64,000 bases of DNA from Candidatus Niyogibacteria bacterium CG10_big_fil_rev_8_21_14_0_10_46_36 (GCA_002772995.1 PFCO01000005.1:17001-81000); one strand, 5' to 3'; shown: positions 46,004 to 56,012, numbered from the stretch's first letter. Numbers and translations: made by a program. The notes: generated from the sequence alone by a model not told the origin.

Positions 46004-48259
46004 ATGCAATTCCGTCTCTCCAACATTCATTTTTTAAAATCAGCGCTGTTCGCCCTCGTGCTCTGCGGAGTCGCAATCACAGGACTTTTCTTGAGTTACT
46101 CGTATGCACACGCACAAGGTCCCATAGGGGGGACTGATCCCGGCCTTGGGATAGAACAAAAGGAATCTACCGATAAAGTAAACGATCTGGGGAAGACGCC
46201 TGATTGCGGGATAAGTAATTTTTATAAAGGGAAGTGTATCGCCCGCGGCCTTGCATGGGTAGCTCAAATATTTCTTAATGTTGTAGGATATGTTCTCATT
46301 TTTTCCGCGTTCATTTTTGACAAAGTAAAAGACATAGCGCTCAATCCGGATACATATAAAAACATAGATGTTGTTAAAAGAGGCTGGACAATGGTTCGGG
46401 ATGTTACGAACATATTTTTTATTTTTATACTTCTTGTCATTGCTATCGCCACGATTCTCCGGCGCGAATCGTATGGAGCAAAACAACTCCTCCCCCGCCT
46501 CATTCTTGTTGCCCTTTTCATCAACTTTTCTTTTACCATAACGCTATACGCCATTCTTCCCGCAAACTCCCTTGCTAATTATTTCACCACAATTATCAGA
46601 ACAAACAATAAAGGAAACTCCATAGACTACTATGCCGATTCTACTGAAGAAGTAGCCCAACACTTCATTGATGGCCTTAAGCCCGGCGAACTCGCTACAC
46701 GATTTGCGAATAGCGACCAAAAAGAAAGATATGAGCTCTTAAATTCGTCCCAAAACCAAATATTGGAAAACAGCGAAAAAGACGACCAGGCAGAACTCAA
46801 TACAGCGATTTATCTTATCATTACAATAGTTTTTGGTATTGCATTAATTCTTATGGCGGCCTTTGTGCTTTTGGTAGCAGCGCTCCTTTTCCTCATACGC
46901 ATAGCGATTCTATGGGTCTTAATGATATTTGCTCCATTGGCATTTCTGTTTATGATACTCCCCCGAACACAAAGCATTGCCCGGGAATGGTGGAGCAGAC
47001 TTATTGACCAAGCACTCTTTCCTGCAGTATTTCTCTTTTTCTTCTTCATTGTTGTATCACTTGGCGCAAGCACATATGTCAAGGACTCTATATTTAAGAT
47101 TAGCGACGGAGATCAGACCAATTTTGTTGCGTTTGTGGCGTATTATCTTATTCAGGTTATCCTTCTGTACATAAGCTTAATCGTAGCGAGGCGTATGGGC
47201 GGGTACGCGGGCAGCACCGCTATCTCTTGGGCGGGATCAGTGCGCAAATTCGCTACGGGTGCAGCTGGAGGTATTGTTGGAGGCGCGGCGGGGTATGCTG
47301 CAAGCAGAGTTGCTGAGCGTGAGGTGGCCAGACGTGGAGATGAAGGCATGGCAGAGCTTAAGACGGGCGGTGCATTCTCGCGTCTCCAAGCGCGCACCAT
47401 AGAAAAATTAGCAGCGCCTCGCGCAAAAGATACCGGGGAGTACGCAAAAAGCATGATGTCTCTTGCCCCGCGTGAATTTATGTCACGCTTCAAGGGCAGT
47501 TCTCTCGCACAGCAAAATGAAATGCTGAAGAACGAAGAAGCAATCAAACGCCTTGCAAAAGCGCGCGACGCAGACAGCACAAGCGCCCAAGACAAGGCTC
47601 ATATAGACTCAATACTTAAACGGCAAAGCTACCAAACGCAAACGAAGTTCTTTAAAGAAGCACCGAAGGCATTTGCTGAAAAACTTGTAAATAACGAGAT
47701 ACGGAAAGATACAAGAGAAGAGGTTCTTAAGACCGCAGACAAGGAAACAATGCAAAAGATAGGAAAAGCAATGGTTGGCATTGATGCCGAAGAAACAAGC
47801 GCTTTGTTTGAATCAATGCAAAAAGAAGGGCTGAAGAAACAATCAAAGGACATGGCAAGCGTCTTACCACAATTCTATCAGGAGGCCGGGATGGAAATTG
47901 GACAAGCGATACGAAATATTGATTTTGAAAAGGTGGATAAAAAAGTTCTTGAAAGTCTTCACGACACACAAACAAAGAATGGCCCCGTGCTCAACAACCC
48001 CTTGGCTCGTTACACAACCCCCGCCCAACGCCAAAAGCTATTAAGCGAATTTACAGAAGCAGGAGAAATCTACTCCAAGGAAATGAAAAGTCTTGGGGAC
48101 ACGAGTAAACAAGTCGCGGCACAAATCAGAAGTGCCGGCGATGCCGCATCCGCAAACAAATTTGAAAATGATAAAGTGTTTGCTGGAGCGCATGGATTAC
48201 ATTCGGAAGACAAAACGCCCTCATATAAATCAACGGACGTAAGCGGAGAAGCAAAATAA
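46004..48259 (+). CDS. VirB6/TrbL-like polytopic membrane protein with cytoplasmic tail
   Basis: GWTMVRDVTNIFFIFILL...LPRLILVALFINFS; RIAILW.L.IFAPLAF...WW; upstream of prgI and virB4. Confidence 0.72.
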   Translation: MQFRLSNIHFLKSALFALVLCGVAITGLFLSYSYAHAQGPIGGTDPGLGIEQKESTDKVNDLGKTPDCGISNFYKGKCIARGLAWVAQIFLNVVGYVLIFSAFIFDKVKDIALNPDTYKNIDVVKRGWTMVRDVTNIFFIFILLVIAIATILRRESYGAKQLLPRLILVALFINFSFTITLYAILPANSLANYFTTIIRTNNKGNSIDYYADSTEEVAQHFIDGLKPGELATRFANSDQKERYELLNSSQNQILENSEKDDQAELNTAIYLIITIVFGIALILMAAFVLLVAALLFLIRIAILWVLMIFAPLAFLFMILPRTQSIAREWWSRLIDQALFPAVFLFFFFIVVSLGASTYVKDSIFKISDGDQTNFVAFVAYYLIQVILLYISLIVARRMGGYAGSTAISWAGSVRKFATGAAGGIVGGAAGYAASRVAEREVARRGDEGMAELKTGGAFSRLQARTIEKLAAPRAKDTGEYAKSMMSLAPREFMSRFKGSSLAQQNEMLKNEEAIKRLAKARDADSTSAQDKAHIDSILKRQSYQTQTKFFKEAPKAFAEKLVNNEIRKDTREEVLKTADKETMQKIGKAMVGIDAEETSALFESMQKEGLKKQSKDMASVLPQFYQEAGMEIGQAIRNIDFEKVDKKVLESLHDTQTKNGPVLNNPLARYTTPAQRQKLLSEFTEAGEIYSKEMKSLGDTSKQVAAQIRSAGDAASANKFENDKVFAGAHGLHSEDKTPSYKSTDVSGEAK

Positions 48260-48272
48260 AAAATACACACAT

Positions 48273-49169
48273 ATGAACATAACGCCTGAAGAAATCCAAA
48301 AACGATTCAAAGCGCTCCCCGAAGCGTTGCGGGAAGCGATATTTTCTGCAGAAATTTCAGAAACGCTTCTTGCAATTGGGAAAAAATACAACCTCCCCCT
48401 CGACAAGGTGGGCGAGCTTTCAACGGAGACGAGTCTTGTCATGCTCGGCGTCACTCACCCGAATCAGTACATATCAAACTTACAAAAAGTGCTCGGCGTA
48501 GAGCGCGATATCGCGCGCAATATCGCCCAAGAAGTAAACGCGCAAATATTTGCAAAAATACGGAGCGAATTAAAAACACTCCACAAGATCACAGAAAACG
48601 AAGACGCTCCCGAAAAAGCCGCCGCTTCTAAGCCCCCTGCAATGGAACCAGCCAGAGCTCCGGAGCCGGAAAAAACATCTCCGCCATCCTCCATAAAGCC
48701 ATTTGGTCACTGGGATCTTCCCCCTGTTCCGCCACCTGCAAAAAAAACATACACCTTCTCTGAACTCCAGAAAAAACAGGAAGAACAAAAACAAACACCG
48801 CCGCCCTCAACAACACTTTCAGAGAAACAACCGGCAGTCCCTTCTGTCTTGAAAAAACCATCAGAACAAAGCCTATCTAAGCCTCCTATGCCCTCGCAGA
48901 TGCCAAAAACGCATATAGAAGAGCCCCGAGACGAGCCGGCTATTCTTCAAAAGCCGGAAGAACACACACCCAAAGCGCCTTCTCCGTTTGAGGCAAAGAT
49001 ACAAGATCCGGTGTTTCATCAACAACCGTCCGAAGTAACAAAAGACGGAAAGAAAGACGCTTCTCCAAATACGACAACGAAGCCATCCGCTCATGATCCA
49101 TATCGAGAGCCCATACTTCCTGAGGAAGCGTCGTTTAATATCAATCCTCATATCAAGAAAGATGAGTAA
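48273..49169 (+). CDS. Hypothetical protein, helical N-domain plus Pro-rich tail
   Basis: RFKALPEALREAI...; C-terminal DPYREPI. Confidence 0.72.
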   Translation: MNITPEEIQKRFKALPEALREAIFSAEISETLLAIGKKYNLPLDKVGELSTETSLVMLGVTHPNQYISNLQKVLGVERDIARNIAQEVNAQIFAKIRSELKTLHKITENEDAPEKAAASKPPAMEPARAPEPEKTSPPSSIKPFGHWDLPPVPPPAKKTYTFSELQKKQEEQKQTPPPSTTLSEKQPAVPSVLKKPSEQSLSKPPMPSQMPKTHIEEPRDEPAILQKPEEHTPKAPSPFEAKIQDPVFHQQPSEVTKDGKKDASPNTTTKPSAHDPYREPILPEEASFNINPHIKKDE

Positions 49170-49186
49170 TGTAACCTTTCATATGT

Positions 49187-49648
49187 ATGCGACGATTCCA
49201 AGTGCCACAATTTATTGAGGTAGAAGACAAGCTTTTCGGACCTCTCACGCTAAAACAATTTATCTATATCCTTGGAGGGGTGGCGATTACTTTTATTCTT
49301 TGGGTGTCTCTTCCGCTGTTTGTAACAATAATTCTCGGGGTGCCCATTATGGCATTCTCTCTCGGTCTTGCGTTCTATAAAGTGAATGGCGAATCGCTTA
49401 TTACCATTCTCTCACACGGCATCCAGTATCTTTCCCGCTCCCGCCTGTACATCTGGCGTAAAGAGGAAAAAAAGAGGAAAAAACCAAAAGAAGAAATCCT
49501 CCGCAAATCAAAACAAGGACTGGTAACGGTTCCGCGCGGACAAAAAGAAAGCGGACTCTCTAATCTTTCGTGGAGTCTCGATGTGCAAAAGAACTTAAAA
49601 GCAGAGCGCAATATCCCGCAGCCGTTTGAGCTGCGCAATAAAAAATAA
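49187..49648 (+). CDS. PrgI-family (VirB3-like) protein
   Basis: FQVPQFIEVEDKLFGPLTLKQF plus two TMs. Confidence 0.85.
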   Translation: MRRFQVPQFIEVEDKLFGPLTLKQFIYILGGVAITFILWVSLPLFVTIILGVPIMAFSLGLAFYKVNGESLITILSHGIQYLSRSRLYIWRKEEKKRKKPKEEILRKSKQGLVTVPRGQKESGLSNLSWSLDVQKNLKAERNIPQPFELRNKK

Positions 49649-49649
49649 C

Positions 49650-50342
49650 ATGGAAACACCAGCAGTAAAAAAAAGCAGAGCGGCGCAAAACTTTGTCCCA
49701 CTTCAGGAAATACGGGACGGTATTGCGATTACCAAAGACAAGTCCATGCATGTGGTGCTGATGGCTTCTTCGCTTAACTTTGCGCTCAAGTCCGTGGACG
49801 AACAAGATGCGATTATCTCTCAATATCAAAACCTTTTAAATTCGCTTGATTTTTCTATCCAATTTTTTATTCAGTCCCGAAAACTGGATATTGAGCCGTA
49901 CTTGGACACGCTTCGCGAAGCACTACAGGGCCAATCAAACGAGCTTATAAAAATACAAACCCGGGAATATATTGAATTCGTAAAAAACTTTGTGCAAGCG
50001 GCAAACATCGTTTCAAAGACATTCTATGTTGTCGCTTCATATGTCCCCCCTCTCATTAAGACGAAACGGGGCGGAATGTTGGGGCAGTTTGCTGATATAT
50101 TCAAAAGAAACAAAGAAGACAAAGAGCACTACATTCCGGACGAAGAGTTTGAAGAATACAAAATCCAGCTCTGGCAACGGGTCAATTCTGTAGCAACGGG
50201 ACTCGGGCGCACTGGTGTGCGCGTCGTCCCGCTAAACACCGAGGAGCTCATTGAGCTTTATTATAGCTTGTTTAATCCGGGAGAGATTGAGCGCGGAGGA
50301 ACGCCTCACATAGAAACATCATTAGGAGACGGAGAAGTATAG
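49650..50342 (+). CDS. VirB4/TraC N-terminal-like accessory protein
   Basis: IRDGI...NFALKS..EQ.AII...LNSLDF.IQ...L.TEELIELYY; between prgI and virB4. Confidence 0.7.
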   Translation: METPAVKKSRAAQNFVPLQEIRDGIAITKDKSMHVVLMASSLNFALKSVDEQDAIISQYQNLLNSLDFSIQFFIQSRKLDIEPYLDTLREALQGQSNELIKIQTREYIEFVKNFVQAANIVSKTFYVVASYVPPLIKTKRGGMLGQFADIFKRNKEDKEHYIPDEEFEEYKIQLWQRVNSVATGLGRTGVRVVPLNTEELIELYYSLFNPGEIERGGTPHIETSLGDGEV

Positions 50343-50346
50343 CCTG

Positions 50347-50448
50347 TCCCGCTAGAAATCTCTCGCAAAGAGCCCCACGAGGACAAAACAAATTACAATA
50401 TTATTTTATGAGACATTATTATTTTCAAAGAATAAATTTCTAACGGGA
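50347..50448. mobile_element. MITE-like palindromic element
   Basis: Ends TCCCGCTAGAAAT / ATTTCTAACGGGA, ending 1 bp before the virB4 start. Confidence 0.68.
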
Positions 50449-50449
50449 T

Positions 50450-52276
50450 ATGGTGTTCGGATTTGGAAAAAAGAAAAAAGAAGAAAAGGATGATATCCTT
50501 GCAATATTCCCGGAACAAATCTACGAAACGGGCCTTTTGGAATTACGCGACGTTATCGCTCCCTCCGCTCTTGAGATAAGTTCAAATTTCGTTAAATTGG
50601 GGGAGAAATTTACACGCACAATCTACGTGTTTTCATACCCGCGCTTTTTATCGGTGAATTGGTTCTCCCCTGTTATCAACCTTGACCGTGTTTTTGATGT
50701 AGCGCTTTTCGTTCACCCCATAGATACCGCGGAGGTTTTACGCCAGCTCCAAAAGAAAGTTGCCGAGGTTCAGTCTCAGATTCATATCAGAGAAGAAAAA
50801 GGATTTGTGCGCGACCCTGTACTTGATACCGCATACGGCGACCTTGAAACGCTCCGGGATAAATTACAACAAGCGCAAGAACACTTATTCTCTTTCGGTT
50901 TATATATAACGCTTTACGCAGATTCCATTGAAGAGCTGAATAAAACGGAATCAGAAGTCCGTTCTCTTTTAGAATCAAAGCTTGTGTATACAAAACCTGC
51001 GCTCTTCCGCCAGGAACAGGGGCTTGTTGCGGTTTTCCCATTCGGCTCCGACCAGCTCGAAGTAAACTCGCGCCTGAACTCCTCTCCCCTTTCAAGCATC
51101 TTCCCATTCGTGTCTTTTGATCTTACCTCAAATCGCGGCGTACTATATGGTGTAAACCGGCACAACAACAGCTTGGTGCTATTCGACCGATACAGCCTTG
51201 AAAACTACAATTCCGTTATCTTTGGAAAGGCTGGCGGAGGAAAAAGTTATGCAACCAAGCTTGAGGTGCTCCGAGCGCTCATGTTTGAGGGGGAGGTTAT
51301 TGTAATCGACCCTGAACGCGAGTATGAATACCTTGCCGAAACAACCGACGGAAGATATTTTAATATTTCTCTCTCCTCAAACCACCACATTAACCCGTTT
51401 GACCTTCCTGTCCCGCAGGAAGACGAATCTACCGCTGAGATATTGCGAGAGCACATCATTAATCTTATCGGGCTTTTTCGTATTATGATGGGGGGATTAA
51501 GTCCGCAAGAAGACGCTATTTTAGACCAGGCAATCACCGAAACATACGCCTCGCGCGACATCACCGCAGAATCAGATCTTGCGGGCGTCATTCCTCCGAC
51601 ACTCTCCGACCTTGAGCTCATTCTGGCAAACATGGAAGGAGGCGAATCCCTTGCGATGCGCCTGCGCAAATATACTCAAGGAACATGGGCGGACTTCATC
51701 AACAAACCGACAAATGTGGATATCAACAAAAAAATGGTGGTATTTTCCGTCCGAGACATGTCTGACGAACTCCGGCCGGTTGCCATCTATCTTATCGTGC
51801 ACCATATATGGAATGTCATCCGAAGAAACCTCAAAAAACGCCTTCTCGTAGTGGATGAGGCGTGGTGGATTATGAAAGAAGAAGATGGCGCATCATTCTT
51901 ATTCGGTATCGCAAAACGGGCGCGTAAGTATTACCTGGGAGTAGCAACTGTAACCCAAGATGTGGGCGATTTTTTGCGCTCTCCTTATGGCATACCCATC
52001 ATCACCAACTCTTCCATGCAGCTTTTATTGAAACAGTCTCCCGCAACAATAGACCTTGTGCAGGAAACCTTTAACCTTACCGAGGAAGAGAAGTTCCTCC
52101 TCTTAGAAGCGGAGGTGGGAGAGGGTATCTTTTTTGCGGGTCTCAAGCATGTCGCAATCAAAATTATTGCGTCTTACACCGAAGACCAAATCATTACATC
52201 AGACCCCGCTCAGCTCCTCGCAATCAAAAAAGCGAAGCAAGAATTTAAAAGCACCCAAGGGGAAAGTAACTCATAA
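50450..52276 (+). CDS. VirB4-like T4SS ATPase
   Basis: GKAGGGKS (Walker A), IDPEREY, INPFD, LVVDEAW, RARKY, TQD. Confidence 0.88.
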   Translation: MVFGFGKKKKEEKDDILAIFPEQIYETGLLELRDVIAPSALEISSNFVKLGEKFTRTIYVFSYPRFLSVNWFSPVINLDRVFDVALFVHPIDTAEVLRQLQKKVAEVQSQIHIREEKGFVRDPVLDTAYGDLETLRDKLQQAQEHLFSFGLYITLYADSIEELNKTESEVRSLLESKLVYTKPALFRQEQGLVAVFPFGSDQLEVNSRLNSSPLSSIFPFVSFDLTSNRGVLYGVNRHNNSLVLFDRYSLENYNSVIFGKAGGGKSYATKLEVLRALMFEGEVIVIDPEREYEYLAETTDGRYFNISLSSNHHINPFDLPVPQEDESTAEILREHIINLIGLFRIMMGGLSPQEDAILDQAITETYASRDITAESDLAGVIPPTLSDLELILANMEGGESLAMRLRKYTQGTWADFINKPTNVDINKKMVVFSVRDMSDELRPVAIYLIVHHIWNVIRRNLKKRLLVVDEAWWIMKEEDGASFLFGIAKRARKYYLGVATVTQDVGDFLRSPYGIPIITNSSMQLLLKQSPATIDLVQETFNLTEEEKFLLLEAEVGEGIFFAGLKHVAIKIIASYTEDQIITSDPAQLLAIKKAKQEFKSTQGESNS

Positions 52277-52281
52277 TCCCT

Positions 52282-52770
52282 ATGGCAGAAGAGAACACCA
52301 TTGAACAGGCGCGGTCACTTGCTCTTCAAGAAAGGCGCGCAGAACAAAAAAAGGAACAAGAAAAAAAAAGAGAGGTTCAAAAGATAATGCGCCAAATCAA
52401 CGCTATTAAAGATTCTTTGCCTCCGAAAATAAACCTCACAGAATCAATATCAATGGTCGGATTTGCCTTAATTTCCGATATTGTTGATTGGCTAGTCATT
52501 GGCTCAATACCTATCCTGGGTGATATACTAGACATAGTGACATGGATGATCGTAGGTTTCTGGATGTGGTGGCGTAAACTAAAGCGTGCACCTGGAAGCA
52601 TTGAGGCGGGCATTATAGAATTGATACCGGTTGCTGATATTCTGCCGACATGGACCGCAATAGTTGTTCTTTCTATACTATATAACAATCACAAGCGCGC
52701 CCAGGCAGCAGGCGAGATTAAAAAACTGCACGCTCTCCAAAAACAAGCACAAGCCATAGCCGCGTCTTGA
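52282..52770 (+). CDS. Hypothetical membrane protein of the T4SS-like locus
   Basis: IPILGDILD and ELIPVADILPTWT hydrophobic segments. Confidence 0.7.
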   Translation: MAEENTIEQARSLALQERRAEQKKEQEKKREVQKIMRQINAIKDSLPPKINLTESISMVGFALISDIVDWLVIGSIPILGDILDIVTWMIVGFWMWWRKLKRAPGSIEAGIIELIPVADILPTWTAIVVLSILYNNHKRAQAAGEIKKLHALQKQAQAIAAS

Positions 52771-52782
52771 TACATCTTATCA

Positions 52783-53757
52783 ATGAGCATAAAAAAAACA
52801 TTTCCTATACTATGTGCGGCACTTTTTCTTTTGTACACAGCCGCAGCCGCCCAGACCACAAAAGAAGGTACCGCCACAATAATACTGAACCCGCTTTCCC
52901 CCGGTCCAGATGAAGAGGTCACCGCAGAACTCCGCGGTTTTAGTTTTGATATCAATGCGTCCTTTATTACATGGACAAGAAACGGCAGCATATCGCTTTC
53001 AGGGACAGGCTCAAAATCATTCAAGTTCCGCACTGGAGCAATAGGAAAAAAAGAGGTTATAAGTGCAACCGCCCGCACCATTGACGGGAAAGAGATAACC
53101 GCAACCACAGAATTTCTTTTGGGTGATGTTGACCTCTTATGGAAAGCAGACACGACAATCCCCCCGGAATATAAAGGGAAAGCGCTTCCAAGCCCATTTT
53201 CTTCAATAGCCGTTGTCGCTATTCCTCATTTTTCTTCGGGAGGATTTACGAGCTCCGTGAGCGACCTGGAATTTGAGTGGCTCCTTGACGGAAAACGGGA
53301 CGAATCCGCGTCTGGCACCGGAAAAAACACTTATCGCTTTACCGCAGGCGCGTCCCCCACAAATCAGGAAATAACGGCCAAAGTAAAAAATAACGAAAAG
53401 GATATCTCATTTGAAAAAAGCGTATTCATTCCCGTGCACCAACCAGAAGTATTTTTATACGAGGAGCGCCCCTTAGAAGGACCGTTTATGAATGTCGCCC
53501 TATCCCAAAAAACGCTCCACTCAAGTGAAATAAAGGCGTTTCGGGCGGTTCCCTATTTTTTTCCTGAAGAAGATACGCAGTCTCTCTCCTATACGTGGTC
53601 CCAAAATGGAGAAGAAAAAAAGACTTCACCTGTTCATATATTCCAATTTTCATCTGAAAAATCGGGACGCCAAACAATAACGCTCGAGGTGCTTATCCAA
53701 AATACAAAGCACACCATTCAAAAAGCATTAGCAAAAATTGCCATCAATGTTCAATAA
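52783..53757 (+). CDS. Secreted protein with Ig-like beta repeats
   Basis: Signal peptide; repeated (I/Y/F)xW.(N/D)G motifs. Confidence 0.68.
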   Translation: MSIKKTFPILCAALFLLYTAAAAQTTKEGTATIILNPLSPGPDEEVTAELRGFSFDINASFITWTRNGSISLSGTGSKSFKFRTGAIGKKEVISATARTIDGKEITATTEFLLGDVDLLWKADTTIPPEYKGKALPSPFSSIAVVAIPHFSSGGFTSSVSDLEFEWLLDGKRDESASGTGKNTYRFTAGASPTNQEITAKVKNNEKDISFEKSVFIPVHQPEVFLYEERPLEGPFMNVALSQKTLHSSEIKAFRAVPYFFPEEDTQSLSYTWSQNGEEKKTSPVHIFQFSSEKSGRQTITLEVLIQNTKHTIQKALAKIAINVQ

Positions 53758-54814
53758 GTGTTTTTATATATTTTTCATAGTGACGTTAATTGTTTTTGCT
53801 CAGCCAGCATTTGCTAGAGAGGTGTGGGTTTGCACGACTCCAATTGGGGGAACAACCGTATTTCTTCAACAAGACTTATGCGCAACGCAATGTAACGGTT
53901 CATGTGCGCAGTCGACTGTTCCCGACAACAATACAACCATTGAAATTTGTCCTATAGACGGGTCGGCATACCCACCCAACCCTACGAACCCGCTCGAGAG
54001 CTGTGCGGCGGCCTGTGGGGCATCGTGCACACAGGCGTCTGTCCCGGGGAGCGCTGGGGGAGCGGACACGCCTACTATTGGGGGGTCTTCTTCATCAAAC
54101 GATGGCGGCGCGCTTTTTATACAATTTTTAAACTGGCTTTTCCCCGCACTTCTTTCTATCGCAGCGCTCCTCGCGTTTGTGATGATCGTGTTTGCGGGAT
54201 TTAAGTGGATTGCCGCTGCAGGAAACCCCGCAGCAATAGAGGATGCGAAAGACATGATAATCAAAGCTGTTTTGGGACTTATCCTCGCCTTCATGTCCTG
54301 GCTTGTTTTAAACACCATCAATCCTAATCTCGTCGGGGGAGGGCTCCCTGGAGGCGGAGGCTTAAACCCCCCGGAGAACGAACAGCCAAACCCTCCCGGC
54401 AACAACCAAGACAACCCCCCTACACCAGGGACGCTTACTGACGAAGAGGCACGAAGCCAGCTTAACGCTGCCGGGATACAGGTAACATCAAGCGGAGGCT
54501 GCAGTGACCAACAAAACCCATCCTGCACATCACTTGAAGGCATACCGGCCTCTACCGTACAAAGCCTTATTTCAATTAAACAGCAATGCGGATGCTCCAT
54601 TACGATAACCGGAGGCACGGAGGTGGGACACCAAACACACGGACCGGGAAAGCCCATAGTTGACCTTTCTTTTAACGAGCCGCTTGCAAGCTATCTGCAC
54701 GATAATGCGTCATCCCTCGGCATAAGCACCATATGTACTGCGCCACAAGATGCCCAATATCGGCATAATTGCAATTTTAACGAGAGCTCACGCCATCTTC
54801 ATGTTTCATTTTAA
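53747..54814 (+). CDS. Cys-repeat / VirB2-like pilin / M15-like Zn peptidase fusion protein
   Basis: Pilin core IVFAGFKWIAAAGNPAAIEDAKDMIIKAVLGL...LNTINP; C-terminal ITGGTE..H..HGPGKPIVD...HLHVSF. Confidence 0.68.
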   Translation: MFNKCFYIFFIVTLIVFAQPAFAREVWVCTTPIGGTTVFLQQDLCATQCNGSCAQSTVPDNNTTIEICPIDGSAYPPNPTNPLESCAAACGASCTQASVPGSAGGADTPTIGGSSSSNDGGALFIQFLNWLFPALLSIAALLAFVMIVFAGFKWIAAAGNPAAIEDAKDMIIKAVLGLILAFMSWLVLNTINPNLVGGGLPGGGGLNPPENEQPNPPGNNQDNPPTPGTLTDEEARSQLNAAGIQVTSSGGCSDQQNPSCTSLEGIPASTVQSLISIKQQCGCSITITGGTEVGHQTHGPGKPIVDLSFNEPLASYLHDNASSLGISTICTAPQDAQYRHNCNFNESSRHLHVSF

Positions 54815-54816
54815 TT

Positions 54817-55962
54817 ATGTCTAAACCGCTCGCCATCGGACTCATCATACTTTTTATAGGCATTATTGCTATCGGTATTGTTTTGCTAGCGTCCCAAAAC
54901 GGCCCGGGAAATGTGCAGGCTCCAGAACCAAACAATCAAGGCTCATCCTTCCCGCAATCACAAACACAAAACCCTCCCCCAACATCAAGCGGCATTCTGC
55001 CGTCTGAACGAGATCTGATTAAAATAACAAACGGAGCAATAAGCGGATTTACGCCTGCTACTGCGGGGGTGCGTTTCATAGAAAAAACAACCGGCCATGT
55101 ATTTGATTCCTCCGCTGACGGACAAACGCAAATAAAAATATCCAACACAACCATCCCTCAAAGTATTGATGCGCTCTGGTCAGAAAATGAAAATTACGCC
55201 ATTTTGCGCTACCGGGAAAACGAAGAAATAAAAACGGTTTTATCGCAGTTCGGAAACTCAAAAACTGACGGGGTTATTCTTCCCACAGACATCCTTTCTT
55301 TTTCATACGCACCGGAGCGTCTTCGTGTGTTTTACACCGTTCCGGGAGACAATGACATCATCGGCATAGCGGCAAGCACCGACAACACCGCTCAAACTCA
55401 AGTTGTCCGCCTCCCTGACACAAATTTTGTCGTTGAGTGGTACAGCCCCCGGGAAATCTCTTTTCTTACTCCCCCATCCGCATTCGCCGCAGGTTTTTTA
55501 TACCGATACAATATTGATGTCGGCTCATTTGAGAAACTATTAGGCAATATACCGGGACTTGATATTGCGTGGTCCAAGAATAAGCGACGAATATTGTTTT
55601 CGCAATCAAACGCGGGAACAGGAAAATCAAATCTCTTCGTGTTTAATCTGCAAACAGGGACGGTTGAGGATCTGGGGACAGAGGGACTCGCGCAAAAATG
55701 CGTATGGGAAGACGACATCGTTGTGTATTGCGGTATACCAACAACAATGTCCCGCGGCTCATACCCGGATGATTGGTTCTCGGGCTCCGTTACATTGAAC
55801 GATCGTATTTGGTGGATAAATACAAGCTCATTCGAAAAAACGATAGTAAAAACACTTCCCGATATTGATGTGGCAGAAATACGCATAAGCGACGCGGCGG
55901 ATCATCTGTTCCTCACAAACAAAAAAGACGGCACACTGTGGAGCGTGCACCTTAACGAATAA
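54817..55962 (+). CDS. Membrane-anchored beta-propeller-like protein
   Basis: N-terminal TM; repeated (W/Y)S(P/E/K) blade-like motifs. Confidence 0.65.
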   Translation: MSKPLAIGLIILFIGIIAIGIVLLASQNGPGNVQAPEPNNQGSSFPQSQTQNPPPTSSGILPSERDLIKITNGAISGFTPATAGVRFIEKTTGHVFDSSADGQTQIKISNTTIPQSIDALWSENENYAILRYRENEEIKTVLSQFGNSKTDGVILPTDILSFSYAPERLRVFYTVPGDNDIIGIAASTDNTAQTQVVRLPDTNFVVEWYSPREISFLTPPSAFAAGFLYRYNIDVGSFEKLLGNIPGLDIAWSKNKRRILFSQSNAGTGKSNLFVFNLQTGTVEDLGTEGLAQKCVWEDDIVVYCGIPTTMSRGSYPDDWFSGSVTLNDRIWWINTSSFEKTIVKTLPDIDVAEIRISDAADHLFLTNKKDGTLWSVHLNE

Positions 55963-55974
55963 CTGGCACAATCA

Positions 55975-56004
55975 AAAAACCCGCGCGAGCACGCGCGGGT
56001 TTTT
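55975..56004. terminator. Bidirectional intrinsic terminator
   Basis: AAAAACCCGCGCG-AGCA-CGCGCGGGTTTTT. Confidence 0.82.
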
Positions 56005-56012
56005 AATAGTTA

